NCBI GenBank assembly: GCA_021781995.1
Contig: JAJXVT010000001.1
Coordinates: 70,171 to 134,170, forward strand
Direction of reading: 5' to 3'
Source of the DNA: a bacterium
Lineage (GTDB): Bacteria > Chlamydiota > Chlamydiia > Chlamydiales > SM23-39
Length of the DNA stretch: 64,000 nucleotides
Shown here one piece after another: positions 29,850-39,887 of the stretch (position 1 is its first letter; every line of letters begins with the position of its first letter). Both the position numbers and the translations under genes were made by a program. Below the pieces are notes generated by a model. It was not told where the DNA came from, searched no databases, and saw only the letters and a program-made list of their open reading frames with translations.

Positions 29850-31535
29850 TCAGTAGCTGATGTTTAAGCTAAGATGGAACCTGCCCAATTCATGATCCTG
29901 CGGGATTCCACGCAGTTGAAATCCATATTCTAGTTTGGCGGCCATATAGGGGATAATGCTATAATGCACCCCAGATCCAATTCCCATTAATTGCTGCCAA
30001 TGAAATTGAGGTGAAACATAAGAATAATTCTGTCCCCATCCATAATCAAAAAAAGCTAAAAAGGAAAGTTCATTCGGGAGTGAAGCAAATAAAGAATAAT
30101 TAGGTGTATAAAGTTCCAGATTTGCGCAGATGGCGTTATCAGCAACAAATTGTTGTTCGTAATACCCGCGCACAGTATCAGCTCCGCCTAAACCAAATTG
30201 TTCGCTAGTAGGAAGCGTATTAGAAGCTAACTGGCCACGAAAAACTCCATGACAAACCCAGCCATTTTCAAATTGATATCGATTGTCGATAGAGGCTTGA
30301 AGATAAGCGTAGCGCACATGGCTGCCGGGACGTTGCAAGTTATAGTCGAATGTAGTCTGAAAGGGAAGCCAGTTTTTCCAAAGTGAGGCATAGCCGTTTA
30401 CTTTAAATGTCAATGCGTCCGTTGGCCATTTTTGCAGCAATTCATACTCAGCATAAAATTGCGTTAAATTGATAGTTTGATTTGGGGTAACCCCAGCTTC
30501 TGCCGCATTACCTACGAAAAAATAAGCGCTGGTGATGTATTTCCAGTCAAAACCAGCTGTTGCACTCGAACGGAAATTACCATAAAGGGGTCGAAATGGA
30601 ATTTGATAACGTGCCGAAATCTGAACGTTTTTTCCTTCAACGGAAAACCCTGTGACATTGGGGTAGACCACGCCATAACATGCAAACACATTGAGTTGAT
30701 GATGCCATGATAAAAATGAGGTGTAGCTAGCAAGAAAAGATTGGAAAGTATGAAAGTTCGGCGATGCTGTATATTGAAAGGCAAAAATATCGCCCAAATA
30801 AAACATGTTGCCGCAGCTAAAACCTCCATAAAATCGCGCTTGGTTGTTGAGTTTATAACCAGTGTTATCGGAACCTAAAAACGGTCGGATAATATATCGC
30901 TCTTTAGAAAGAAACTCTACAGAACTTGTGCCGGGTATGCTGCCAGGACTTAGAATTACTTGCATTTGGTGAAATGGATTGCGATTCATCCATGTAACGT
31001 AATCTAAGATGCTATTTTCAGTAATTGGATCTCCAGGTTTTAAAGTGCAACCGCGTGCTAAAGCCCCGGTATTAAAATAGCGCTGGCCAATGTATTGCAC
31101 TTGATCTAAAATTCCTTGAAAAATTTGCATGATTAGGACTTCGTCCTCTACTTGCTGCACTTGAATGACTACTGCAACATATCTTCCTTTTTTTCGATAA
31201 TAAGAAATTACGTCTTGTTTAATTGCATTTAAAATTTCTGGTGTTAATGGATGGTTTAGATAGCTTCTTAAATGTTCTTTTAATTCAGGTTCTTTCTCTT
31301 TTAACTCCAAATGAATTCCATGCTCGCGCTTGATGTTGTCAAGCGGCACACCTCCAGGAACTAAAATCAAGACCTCTATTAAGTACTTTGCGGTTTTAAT
31401 CGGACGAGTAATTTCCGGAGTTGCTACTGCAGGTAAGATCTGTTGCGTATCGCGAGTTGGTTCTTCGAGCGCAGGTATGTTAGCTGATAAAGAAGCTGTG
31501 GCAAATAGAAGACAAGATGCACAATGTTTTTTCAT
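29850..31535 (-). CDS. ShlB/FhaC/HecB-family two-partner-secretion (TpsB) outer-membrane transporter
   Basis: Signal peptide MKKHCASCLLFATASLSA, POTRA-like region (ISYYRKKGRYVAVVIQVQQVEDEVLIMQIFQGILDQV), conserved FGLGGADTVRGY, and beta-barrel-like alternating sequence ending in an aromatic-rich C-terminus. Confidence 0.8.
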   Translation of the reverse strand: MKKHCASCLLFATASLSANIPALEEPTRDTQQILPAVATPEITRPIKTAKYLIEVLILVPGGVPLDNIKREHGIHLELKEKEPELKEHLRSYLNHPLTPEILNAIKQDVISYYRKKGRYVAVVIQVQQVEDEVLIMQIFQGILDQVQYIGQRYFNTGALARGCTLKPGDPITENSILDYVTWMNRNPFHQMQVILSPGSIPGTSSVEFLSKERYIIRPFLGSDNTGYKLNNQARFYGGFSCGNMFYLGDIFAFQYTASPNFHTFQSFLASYTSFLSWHHQLNVFACYGVVYPNVTGFSVEGKNVQISARYQIPFRPLYGNFRSSATAGFDWKYITSAYFFVGNAAEAGVTPNQTINLTQFYAEYELLQKWPTDALTFKVNGYASLWKNWLPFQTTFDYNLQRPGSHVRYAYLQASIDNRYQFENGWVCHGVFRGQLASNTLPTSEQFGLGGADTVRGYYEQQFVADNAICANLELYTPNYSLFASLPNELSFLAFFDYGWGQNYSYVSPQFHWQQLMGIGSGVHYSIIPYMAAKLEYGFQLRGIPQDHELGRFHLSLNISY

Positions 31536-31647
31536 GACAAGGTCAATGTAAAAAAAACATTGATTTTTGACAATCCCTAAGGCGGGTGCAAATTTGAGTT
31601 GCTAGATTTTATGGAATATCCTACTTTTCCAAAAAAGGAGGTTCATT

Positions 31648-32052
31648 ATGCCTAGAGACAATGATCATAAATTCCCTGCCCGCCGCTTTTTCAACTTTCC
31701 ATTTTTGGAAGATGAGCTCGATCCCATGGGAACGTCGGGATTGTCCGTATTTGAAGATAAAAAGCATGTTTGCGTAGAGGCCGATCTTCCGGGTTTAAAA
31801 CCAGAAGATGTCGAAGTGACATTCGAGAAAGGCATGCTGTTGATTCGCGGAGAACGTGCAGAAGAACAAAAAGATCCCGACAAAAAATATTATCGAAAAT
31901 CTTCGCATGCTTTTTCTTATCAAGTGCAAGTCCCGGGAACAATTGATGAAAAAGATGAACCAGAAGCGATTTATAACAATGGGGTCATGAAAATTTCTTT
32001 TCGCAAATCAGAAGCTTCACACGCCAAGAAAATCAATGTGAAAACAAAGTGA
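31648..32052 (+). CDS. Small heat-shock protein, Hsp20/alpha-crystallin family
   Basis: VEADLPGLKPEDVEVTFEKGMLLIRGER and NGVMKISFRK. Strong AAGGAGG SD. Confidence 0.85.
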   Translation: MPRDNDHKFPARRFFNFPFLEDELDPMGTSGLSVFEDKKHVCVEADLPGLKPEDVEVTFEKGMLLIRGERAEEQKDPDKKYYRKSSHAFSYQVQVPGTIDEKDEPEAIYNNGVMKISFRKSEASHAKKINVKTK

Positions 32053-32924
32053 ATACCACAAATAAAATGATTCGTTTTATTGTTATTTCTTTATTATTTA
32101 CTTTTCAAGCGATAGCTGACGATGATATTGGTAAAATCATAGCTCTTGACGGCGTTGTAAACGCCGTCAGATTGCAAGAAGCGACACGTGTGTTGCAAGT
32201 GGATTCATTGATATACGAAAATGATATCATTACAGTGAATGATAATGCGCGTGCTCAAATCGGTTTCACCGATGGCAGTATCGTAAATTTAATTCCGCAA
32301 ACGACATATCAAATCCTAAAATATAGATATCGATTTCCCTTCCTTAAAGATCACTTTGTAGCAAAAATCAGCAGAGGCGGTATCAACAGTTTAAGCGGCT
32401 CCATAGCTAAAAAAAATCCAGATGGAGTTTTGGTTGAAACTCCTACAGCTACGCTTGGGATCAGAGGGACTATCTTTCAAATTAATGTAGTTGGAAACAA
32501 TTCGTTTTTTGGGTGTAGTTTAGGAGAAATTTCCATTCAAAATAAAAATGGAGCTCAAATTTTGGGCCCTGCTGAACAATTTACATTTGCAAGAGTTCCT
32601 TCCCAATCTAATAAAATTGTTTTATTATCGACACGGCCGCCAGCGCTCGAAACTTCGTTGTTTGTTCCTCCAACAAGAGGTCTGGATTTAGAAAAAATTG
32701 CAATCAACCCGAATTTAGGACCTTACCCACCAAGCTCTCGGCCTTCTAAAAGCAATGCGCCGGCATTAAAAACTCAAGCCCCTCCTGCTCCTAAAACTCA
32801 AACGAAAACCGCTCCACAGGCAGCACCCAGTATCATAGAAACTCCTTCAGAGGGAACGGGTCAGCCTCCAGCTGAACTATCGCGCCCGCAAAAAGGTTCA
32901 AGCGTTCAGTCGGGCAGCTGTTAG
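32049..32924 (+). CDS. Secreted FecR-domain protein with a proline-rich low-complexity C-terminus
   Basis: Signal-like MIRFIVISLLFTFQAIA (the ATG at 32067 may be the true start). FecR-like ARAQIGFTDGSIVNLIPQTTYQI and TATLGIRGTIFQI. C-terminal tail APALKTQAPPAPKTQTKTAPQAAP. Confidence 0.7.
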   Translation: MNTTNKMIRFIVISLLFTFQAIADDDIGKIIALDGVVNAVRLQEATRVLQVDSLIYENDIITVNDNARAQIGFTDGSIVNLIPQTTYQILKYRYRFPFLKDHFVAKISRGGINSLSGSIAKKNPDGVLVETPTATLGIRGTIFQINVVGNNSFFGCSLGEISIQNKNGAQILGPAEQFTFARVPSQSNKIVLLSTRPPALETSLFVPPTRGLDLEKIAINPNLGPYPPSSRPSKSNAPALKTQAPPAPKTQTKTAPQAAPSIIETPSEGTGQPPAELSRPQKGSSVQSGSC

Positions 32925-32938
32925 TAACCGCGATCGCT

Positions 32939-33859
32939 TTAAAGCCAACGTTTGCGACGAAATAAAGAAACCGCAATGGCTGAAAAAATTGCGGTGATTG
33001 CAATAACAAACCAAAATGAATGAGTGGATGTTTGCAAAGGAAGTATTACATTCATTCCATAAAACGATGAAATAATAGCGGGAATGGTGAAAATCACGGT
33101 GAGCGCTGTCAAAAGTTTAATGGTGCGATTGACATCGTTTGTGAAAATGATTTGATAGGAGTCTCTAAGGGAACGAATGCTTTTGATATTCACCCGACAA
33201 ACGTCCTCAGATTGACGTATGGCAATCATCAAATCTTGCAAAAGATCTAAATCTTTTTCGTAAAAATGAATGCGCCTTTCACTGAAAAGAGTTTCTAAGA
33301 CATTGCGCATAGGAACTAAAGCTGTCAAATATTGATTCAAGATTTCTTCGTTTTTGGTTAGCAAAATAATCACGTTGCTGTCGACTGCTTTCATAACTTG
33401 TTCATGGTCTAAAATTGCGTGGCGTACTCGTTTAATATTGTTATTGTAATCCTGAGTAATTTTCAAAAGAATATGCAATAAAAGCTTGCCTTTTTGGGTG
33501 GTTCCTAACTGAGTCGTTGCTAACAAAAGCTGCTCAACAATTTCACTGCGATGCGGAGAAATTGTAATTACATATGAATTTGTAAGAATTATCGTAAGAG
33601 TAGCTGTATAAAGTCCAAATTCAAGTTCACTCGGGTGGCGAATGAAAAATAAGATGTCCTCATTGACTCTTTCTGTCCGAGGAAGTTCATATTTATCGAG
33701 GCTATCTCGAATATGCGCAAGTTCTAACCCTGTTAATTCAGAAATTTTATTTAGATCTTCTAGGGTTGCTTCTTTCACATAAATCCAACTTCCTATGCGG
33801 AATTCTTCGATTTGATTAAAAGAAGTATCGCGAATTGTCTTAAAGTAAATTTCAATCAT
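32939..33859 (-). CDS. corA: CorA-family magnesium/cobalt transporter
   Basis: YGMNV signature between two C-terminal TM helices. 306 aa. 4-nt gap after glgX. Confidence 0.8.
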   Translation of the reverse strand: MIEIYFKTIRDTSFNQIEEFRIGSWIYVKEATLEDLNKISELTGLELAHIRDSLDKYELPRTERVNEDILFFIRHPSELEFGLYTATLTIILTNSYVITISPHRSEIVEQLLLATTQLGTTQKGKLLLHILLKITQDYNNNIKRVRHAILDHEQVMKAVDSNVIILLTKNEEILNQYLTALVPMRNVLETLFSERRIHFYEKDLDLLQDLMIAIRQSEDVCRVNIKSIRSLRDSYQIIFTNDVNRTIKLLTALTVIFTIPAIISSFYGMNVILPLQTSTHSFWFVIAITAIFSAIAVSLFRRKRWL

Positions 33860-33863
33860 ACTT

Positions 33864-35864
33864 TCACTGCATACCTGAGAGTGATGTTTTTAGCGACAAT
33901 AGAATTGCAGAGTATGGCGCTAGTGTTACAACCTGTTCTACGATAGGTCCATCTGTTTTAAGATAATTATCCTTCCAATTTTTCTCTGTATTGAGAACTA
34001 GATGATAATCATTTCGAGGCAGAGTAATTTCAATTGGTACAGGATGAGCATTAAAACAAACATAAATAGCTCCAACAGAAAGGGCTACAAGACGAGAATC
34101 ATAGCTCCAATCAGGAGCATTGGGATTTTTTCCATGCCATTGAATGTCTTGAGGATTTGGAGGTGTTGTCAACCTCAGTTCGCTATGATGTTTTCTAAAG
34201 GCTATGAGATCTGACACAAAATTTACGATATGAATATTTTTTTCACATTCATCCCATAAAAACCAATTGAGCTCGTTATCTTGTACATAAGGGTTATTAT
34301 TACCCCTCCGGGTATGTCCATACTCATCTCCCATCAGTAACATAGGAATGCCCTGGGAAAGAAACAAAGCAAGAAGAAAATTTCGCATTTGCCTTTCTCT
34401 TAACAACTCAATATGAACATCTTGCGTTATTCCCTCCACGCCGCAATTCCAGTTGTCATTGTCATTGGCGCCATCTCGATTTTCTTCACCGTTATCTAAA
34501 TTGCGCTTGTGTTGAAAACTAACTAAATCACGCAAACAAAACCCATCGTGAGCTGTAATAAAATTGACACTAGATGTCGGGGTAGTGTGATAAAGAAATT
34601 GCGACCCTGATAGCACAGAGGCAAAAAGACCCGCTTTGCCATTTGTACCTTTCATAAAACGGCGCGTTATATCTCGAAATCTTCCATTCCATTCAGACCA
34701 GGGCCCCCATTTTGCAAACGCTCCAAGCTGATATAGCCCTGCGGCATCCCAAGCTTCTGCTATAAGTTTTAAATGACTCAGCTGAGGATCTTTAGATATG
34801 GCTTCAATCAATGGGGGGTGAGCCATAGGATGCGAGTCGGGTCCTCGTGTTAAGATAGAGGCTAAATCAAAACGAAATCCGTCAACTTGCATTTCAGTTG
34901 CCCAAAACCGTAGACTTTCTAAAATTAGTTGTTGTACAATCGGGTTATTCGCATTAATCGTATTGCCACACCCAGTAAAATTCAGATCGTGAGAATTTGA
35001 ATCCAGCATGTAATAGGTGCCATGGTCAATTCCACGCCAACAAAGCGGCTTTTCTTCTTCTTTTCCTTCTCCTGTATGGTTGTAAACAACATCTAAAATG
35101 ACTTCTATGCCATTTTCGTGCAAAGCGCGGACTAGCTCTTTAAATTCTGTTACAGCTTCTCCAAGTATTGGATTGGAAGCAAAGCTTCTTTTAGGTGAAA
35201 AAAACGAAATTGGTTGATAACCCCAATAATTCAGTAAATGCTGCCCCGTTACCGGATGAACCGAGCGGCTGGAGGTCTCGTCAAATTCATAAATCGGCAT
35301 GAGCTCGACTGCATTTACTCCCAATTTTTTCAAATATGGAATTTTTTCGATCATTGCGCGATACGTACCGGGCTTAGAACATTGAGCTGATGGATGAATT
35401 GTAAAGCCCCGAACGTGCATTTCATAGATAATGAGTTCGTTTGGAGCTATCTGGGGACGCCGACTATTTTTCCAATCAAATTCCTTCGAAATAATAAAAG
35501 GGGATCTAACAGGAGCCATAAAATGACTTTTTCCCCATTCGGGGGAAGCGTCTAAGATTTTTGCAAAAGGATCTGATAACCAACGTGTTGAGGTTTTTTT
35601 TTCGGGTGTTGCTTTTGCGATGACGCTAAGGGCATAAAGAGCATTGGAAGGAATGTTACGCAATCGAATCGACCAATAAGCGTCATCGGAACAGGTCATA
35701 GCGAGCAAAAGATCAGGTTCGCTTTTTTCTGGAGAAAAGAGAGCTACCGACACAGACTCAGCACTTTTAGAGTAAACTGCTAAATTCCAGTCAGAGCCTC
35801 TTTGTGAGAGGCCAAGCGGCGAAATAGAACCGGGAAAAGACTGGACTTGTTGAAAATCGCTCAT
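33864..35864 (-). CDS. glgX: Glycogen debranching enzyme GlgX (GH13 isoamylase-type)
   Basis: VILDVVYNHT, DGFRFDLASIL, IAEAWD and FITAHDGF. 666 aa. Confidence 0.9.
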   Translation of the reverse strand: MSDFQQVQSFPGSISPLGLSQRGSDWNLAVYSKSAESVSVALFSPEKSEPDLLLAMTCSDDAYWSIRLRNIPSNALYALSVIAKATPEKKTSTRWLSDPFAKILDASPEWGKSHFMAPVRSPFIISKEFDWKNSRRPQIAPNELIIYEMHVRGFTIHPSAQCSKPGTYRAMIEKIPYLKKLGVNAVELMPIYEFDETSSRSVHPVTGQHLLNYWGYQPISFFSPKRSFASNPILGEAVTEFKELVRALHENGIEVILDVVYNHTGEGKEEEKPLCWRGIDHGTYYMLDSNSHDLNFTGCGNTINANNPIVQQLILESLRFWATEMQVDGFRFDLASILTRGPDSHPMAHPPLIEAISKDPQLSHLKLIAEAWDAAGLYQLGAFAKWGPWSEWNGRFRDITRRFMKGTNGKAGLFASVLSGSQFLYHTTPTSSVNFITAHDGFCLRDLVSFQHKRNLDNGEENRDGANDNDNWNCGVEGITQDVHIELLRERQMRNFLLALFLSQGIPMLLMGDEYGHTRRGNNNPYVQDNELNWFLWDECEKNIHIVNFVSDLIAFRKHHSELRLTTPPNPQDIQWHGKNPNAPDWSYDSRLVALSVGAIYVCFNAHPVPIEITLPRNDYHLVLNTEKNWKDNYLKTDGPIVEQVVTLAPYSAILLSLKTSLSGMQ

Positions 35865-36068
35865 CTCTTTTTCTTTACAGTGTTTAGCTTTTTTGAATCA
35901 ATGAAAGCGATTGTAAAATTGTTTCAGGCAAACGCACTTGCGAAGAACTGAGATTTATGATAAGTTAAGGTGAGTTGGGCGTTTTTTTTGATGATAAGCG
36001 CCGTAAAGCTTTATATTATACTGAGTAACTAATCTCTCAGAATATTGAAAATCCATTAGGAGGAAACA

Positions 36069-36590
36069 ATGTCCTTTGAAAATGCCAAGGCAAACCTGCG
36101 TGAATTTGGCAAAGAATTGAATTTAGAGGGGCTAGATTTTGACGAAAACAATACTTGTATTCTCGGAATCGACAACGCTTTTTCTTTGCATATTACCTAC
36201 GAGCCTAACTCAGATCGCCTGTACCTGTATTCACCAGTACTAGATGGCCTCCCAAAGGATGATCGCATCCGCTTGAAGCTCTATGAAAGACTGATGGAAG
36301 GTTCCATGCTCGGCGGTCAAATGGCGGGCGGTGGCGTTGGAGTGGCCTTGAAAGAAGAGTTGATTTTGATGCACTGCGTTATTGACATGGGTCTAGGAGT
36401 TGAAGCTTCTGCCCTTCGTAGATTCGCAGCCCTTTTCGTTGAAACAGTGGAAAAATGGCGCGAAATTGTTACTAAAATTTGCGCTGGCGAAGAACCTGGG
36501 CCATTCCAGCTTCCTACGCCTCAACAAGCTCACCCTTCTCAGCAACAACCAGTCGGCGGAAAACCCGGCGAACGATACATCAAAATTTAA
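36069..36590 (+). CDS. slc1: Type III secretion chaperone, CesT/SycE-like (Slc1/CT043-like)
   Basis: NNTCILGIDNAFSLHITYEPNSDRLYLYSPVLDGLP...LYERLMEGSMLGGQMAGGGVGVALKEELILMHCVIDM matches my recollection of chlamydial Slc1. Divergent from glgX, as for CT042/CT043. Confidence 0.75.
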   Translation: MSFENAKANLREFGKELNLEGLDFDENNTCILGIDNAFSLHITYEPNSDRLYLYSPVLDGLPKDDRIRLKLYERLMEGSMLGGQMAGGGVGVALKEELILMHCVIDMGLGVEASALRRFAALFVETVEKWREIVTKICAGEEPGPFQLPTPQQAHPSQQQPVGGKPGERYIKI

Positions 36591-36597
36591 TTTTTTT

Positions 36598-36652
36598 GGG
36601 CGGATAATTTCGTTATTCCGCCCTAAAAGGGCGGGGCTTATAGCCCTATTTT
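36598..36652. other. GC-rich inverted-repeat cluster GGGCGG / CCGCCC / GGGCGG plus a GGGC-ttata-GCCC hairpin with a T-rich tail, between convergent slc1 and dnaA
   Basis: gggcgg (36598-36603), ccgccc (36618-36623), gggcgg (36629-34), then gggc/gccc (36634-46) followed by tattttatt. The first three can form two mutually exclusive hairpins. Confidence 0.3.
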
Positions 36653-36664
36653 ATTCAAGTTAAT

Positions 36665-37927
36665 TTAACTTTTTTGCGTAGCACGACCAATTGCCTCAAT
36701 TAGATCGGGATCTTTGGCTTCAATACCTTTTTCAATGAGCTTGACGCTAGACATAACGGTCGAGTGGTCTCTTCCAAAATATTTTCCAATTGCTTGAAAT
36801 GGCCATTTTAAAAAATGGCGGAATAGATACATGGCCACTTGCCGGGGTTGGGCAAATTCGCGGGATTGTGCTTTTCCTATTAGATCTTCTGAAGCAATGC
36901 CAAAATGAGCGCTGACAGTTTTGATTAGAGCTTCTGGGGTTGGTAGTTCAGATTTTTTAATATCGGCGAGTAATTCGGCGGCCATTTCCGGGGTTACCAC
37001 AGTTGTTGTTTGGGTTCGGATGACCAAGGCTTGCAAAGCGGTAATGGGGTCTGAGGAAAAGTGAGTGCATAGAAAATCTTGTAGAGCTGATGAGAGCTCA
37101 AAATGCCAAAGATTCGCTTTTTTTTCTATAATTTCCTTCATGGATACTGATGTAAGCGGGGTGGAAATTCCCCATTCAAAGCGCGAAACTAGACGTGGTT
37201 CTATTTCTTTCAGTTTAAATGGGGGAAGGTGACTGGCTAGAATGATTTGTTTTCCCGCGGTGTGTAAAGTATTAAAAGTATGAAAGAACTCTTCCTGTGT
37301 AGCATTTTTGGCTGCGAGTTGATCGACATCATCAACGAGTAGAAGATCAATGTCGCGATATGCATTGCGGAAGCGATGCATTTGGCCTGCGCGGATCGCA
37401 GCAACAACATGGTCGGTAAATGTTTGGGTGTGTACATAGCGGGCTCGAACGCCTTGTTGCGTAAAATGTGTTGCTGCTGCCATTAGAAGGTGTGTTTTCC
37501 CAGAACCATGAGCCCCGTATAAATAGATGGGGTTAAAAAGAATCGAAGGACTTTCGAAAAGCAATTTATATGCCATCACATTCCCACTTTGAAGAATAAA
37601 TTGTTCTCGTATAGCACTAGGATCTAACGAGTCTGGATAAAAATTGATGATAGGTAGGGGAGATGGGGAACTGGCGGGCTTAGCTAATTGATTTTCTTTA
37701 GTTTCTAGATGTACGCGTATGGGACGGAAATTTGAATTGATAAAAGAGTTTTTTAGACGATGACGTACATGTTCTTCAAACCAGGAAGCAGCCATTGGAT
37801 CGGGCGCTTCTAAATACAAATTTGCAGCATCGAATCTCGCCACTTTTAAAGGTCGGATCCACTTGTCCACAGGAGCAGCTCCTAATTGCTGCTCCAAATG
37901 CGACAAAAAGTTTTCCCACTCTTTCAA
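36665..37927 (-). CDS. dnaA: Chromosomal replication initiator protein DnaA
   Basis: Walker A GAHGSGKTHLL, Walker B LLLVDDVDQL and C-terminal DNA-binding RDHSTVMSSVKLIE. TTG start lies 1 nt after the yidC stop. Confidence 0.9.
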   Translation of the reverse strand: MKEWENFLSHLEQQLGAAPVDKWIRPLKVARFDAANLYLEAPDPMAASWFEEHVRHRLKNSFINSNFRPIRVHLETKENQLAKPASSPSPLPIINFYPDSLDPSAIREQFILQSGNVMAYKLLFESPSILFNPIYLYGAHGSGKTHLLMAAATHFTQQGVRARYVHTQTFTDHVVAAIRAGQMHRFRNAYRDIDLLLVDDVDQLAAKNATQEEFFHTFNTLHTAGKQIILASHLPPFKLKEIEPRLVSRFEWGISTPLTSVSMKEIIEKKANLWHFELSSALQDFLCTHFSSDPITALQALVIRTQTTTVVTPEMAAELLADIKKSELPTPEALIKTVSAHFGIASEDLIGKAQSREFAQPRQVAMYLFRHFLKWPFQAIGKYFGRDHSTVMSSVKLIEKGIEAKDPDLIEAIGRATQKS

Positions 37928-37928
37928 A

Positions 37929-39803
37929 TTATCCCTTCAATTTTGATGTAAGCCATTTTTGTTGTGCGATTCCAAGCAAGGTAGAAAACATGAAGTAAAT
38001 ATTCAGCCCTGAAGGAAAACCATAAAACATCGCAGTAAATACGACAGACATCATTGTACCCATCATTTTTTGCTGTTGCTCTGCTTCAGTGAGTTGAGAT
38101 GGATCTTTCGGTGTTTTTTGCGTCATTTTTCCTTGAATGTACATGACAACACCTGTGAGAATTGGCAATAAATGAAACTGATTACCGATAATCCAAAGTG
38201 GTTGACCCCAACTAAAAAGAACATCTGGTGCAGCTAAATTGTCGATCCACCCCGAGATAAAGGGGGCGCCACGTAGGGGAAAACTCGATTTGAGCATATA
38301 AAACATGCCAAAAAGAAACGGCATTTGCAGAAGCATCGGAAGGCAGCCAGAAAATGGATTTACGCCAGCTTCTCTGTAGAGGTTCATGATTTCCATTTGA
38401 CCTCTTTTGGGATCGCTTTTGTATCTATCTTGCAGCGCTTTGATCTTTGGCGCAACTTCTTGCATTTTTACCGTGGATCGAATAGACCAATTATTCAAAG
38501 GGTACATCATAGCTCGAAGTGTTATAGTGAGCAAAACGATAGATATAGCCCAAGATCTGCTGATCAAGTAAAATAGCTGCATCAATAGAAATAAAAATTT
38601 TGAAAATGGTTGAGAAATAAAGGAAAACCATCCTTGAATGGATATGGCAAGCGAATATTCGGGGTTGTAATTTTTAGATGGTTCTTCATAAAGAGCGTCG
38701 AGATCACTAAGCAAAGCGCCATCATACGGGCCGGCAAAAATACGAAATTTCGTCAAGCCGCTTTTCAAGGGCAGCGCAGTAGTATAAGCAGGGTAGTTTG
38801 CTGCGGGATATAGGTCGTATGCGTGATCGATGATGCTTAAACGGGTTGGGACGACGGCTCCGGGAATCATTTGAACTTTATAACCAACTCCAATTTTGCT
38901 TAAAGGGTCGACTATCAGGCCTAAAAATCCGTTGCAATTGCTGATCCAATAAGGACTGACGTTTTGATCGATACGGCCTTGTTCGTCGGGAAGTTTGATC
39001 TCTTCTACTTCAGCGCCGTTTGGTTTTTTAAGTTGGTATTTAAGTTGAGGGACGTAAGAGCCTCCTACAATTTCGACGTCGGGCACTCCAGATGAAAGCC
39101 ATAAACCCTCTCCTTCGCCGTCAACTTGAATTTGTAATTCTAAGCAATAAGGTCCGTTGCGCTCTTGGGGTACGCTATAAGTTTTGGAGATTCTTCGTCC
39201 TGCAACAGTTCCTTCAAAGCGAATTTGATTTTGAGAAAATTCTGCAACACTAAAACGAGTATTGGCGCTGCCGGTTTGATCGGCAGTGATGTTGAAAGCG
39301 TAATATTGAGGGGAAATGGATGTGGTTTCATTGCCTTCAACATCTAAAATTGGGCGGCGAAGCAGGGGATAGTAGCCGCCGAGAAATCCTTCAGAACGAA
39401 CAGTGTCGCGGCCGTCTATAATCGCGTGATATGGGCGAAGGGGGAAGCGAGAGTTTTGAGGGGATTGAGACAAAATGCTTCGATCGATGTCAATTTCTTT
39501 TACGATGCTTTGAGAATCGCGGCTGGATTGAAAGGGGAGATTGATTTCAGCAAGAGCGCCGCCTTTGGTGGAAAATACCAATTGTTGATAATCGTTTTCA
39601 AGGACATAAAATTCTTCATCTCCGGTGGACGCTGTCGCAACTGTCTGTTGCTGCGCAATTTCAGGGATGGGACGACTGATTGGCTCAGCCATTGATATTT
39701 CGTTGACTGATTGCGGATCGCCTCTCCAAAGATCGAAAACAGTTTGAATTGCATAAAATGACAAGCTTACAGCAATGACGAAGGTCAGTGATCTTTTATC
39801 CAT
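37929..39803 (-). CDS. yidC: Membrane protein insertase YidC
   Basis: N-terminal TM, large periplasmic domain and conserved NPFSGCLPMLLQMPFLFGMFYML. 624 aa. Confidence 0.9.
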   Translation of the reverse strand: MDKRSLTFVIAVSLSFYAIQTVFDLWRGDPQSVNEISMAEPISRPIPEIAQQQTVATASTGDEEFYVLENDYQQLVFSTKGGALAEINLPFQSSRDSQSIVKEIDIDRSILSQSPQNSRFPLRPYHAIIDGRDTVRSEGFLGGYYPLLRRPILDVEGNETTSISPQYYAFNITADQTGSANTRFSVAEFSQNQIRFEGTVAGRRISKTYSVPQERNGPYCLELQIQVDGEGEGLWLSSGVPDVEIVGGSYVPQLKYQLKKPNGAEVEEIKLPDEQGRIDQNVSPYWISNCNGFLGLIVDPLSKIGVGYKVQMIPGAVVPTRLSIIDHAYDLYPAANYPAYTTALPLKSGLTKFRIFAGPYDGALLSDLDALYEEPSKNYNPEYSLAISIQGWFSFISQPFSKFLFLLMQLFYLISRSWAISIVLLTITLRAMMYPLNNWSIRSTVKMQEVAPKIKALQDRYKSDPKRGQMEIMNLYREAGVNPFSGCLPMLLQMPFLFGMFYMLKSSFPLRGAPFISGWIDNLAAPDVLFSWGQPLWIIGNQFHLLPILTGVVMYIQGKMTQKTPKDPSQLTEAEQQQKMMGTMMSVVFTAMFYGFPSGLNIYFMFSTLLGIAQQKWLTSKLKG

Positions 39804-39824
39804 TTTTAGTCTCTCTTAAGGTAG

Positions 39825-39887
39825 GTACATAGTAGCAGGTTCTACGAAAGATGTACACATAGAAAATGGTTCTAGTCAATTTGACTA
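39825..39887. promoter_or_regulatory. Imperfect ~22-bp direct repeat pair plus a 7-1-7 palindrome in the yidC / F-box-gene divergent intergenic region
   Basis: gtacatagtagcaggttcta (39825-) and gtacacatagaaaatggttcta (39853-). TAGTCAA-t-TTGACTA at 39873-39887. A third ggtacac at 39892. Confidence 0.3.

Noticed and set aside
31536-31647. Heat-shock operator (CIRCE, TTAGCACTC-N9-GAGTGCTAA) upstream of hsp20.
   Set aside because: No CIRCE-like inverted repeat is present. There is only an AT-rich 7-bp hairpin (tcaatgt/acattga) and a TTGACA -35-like hexamer.
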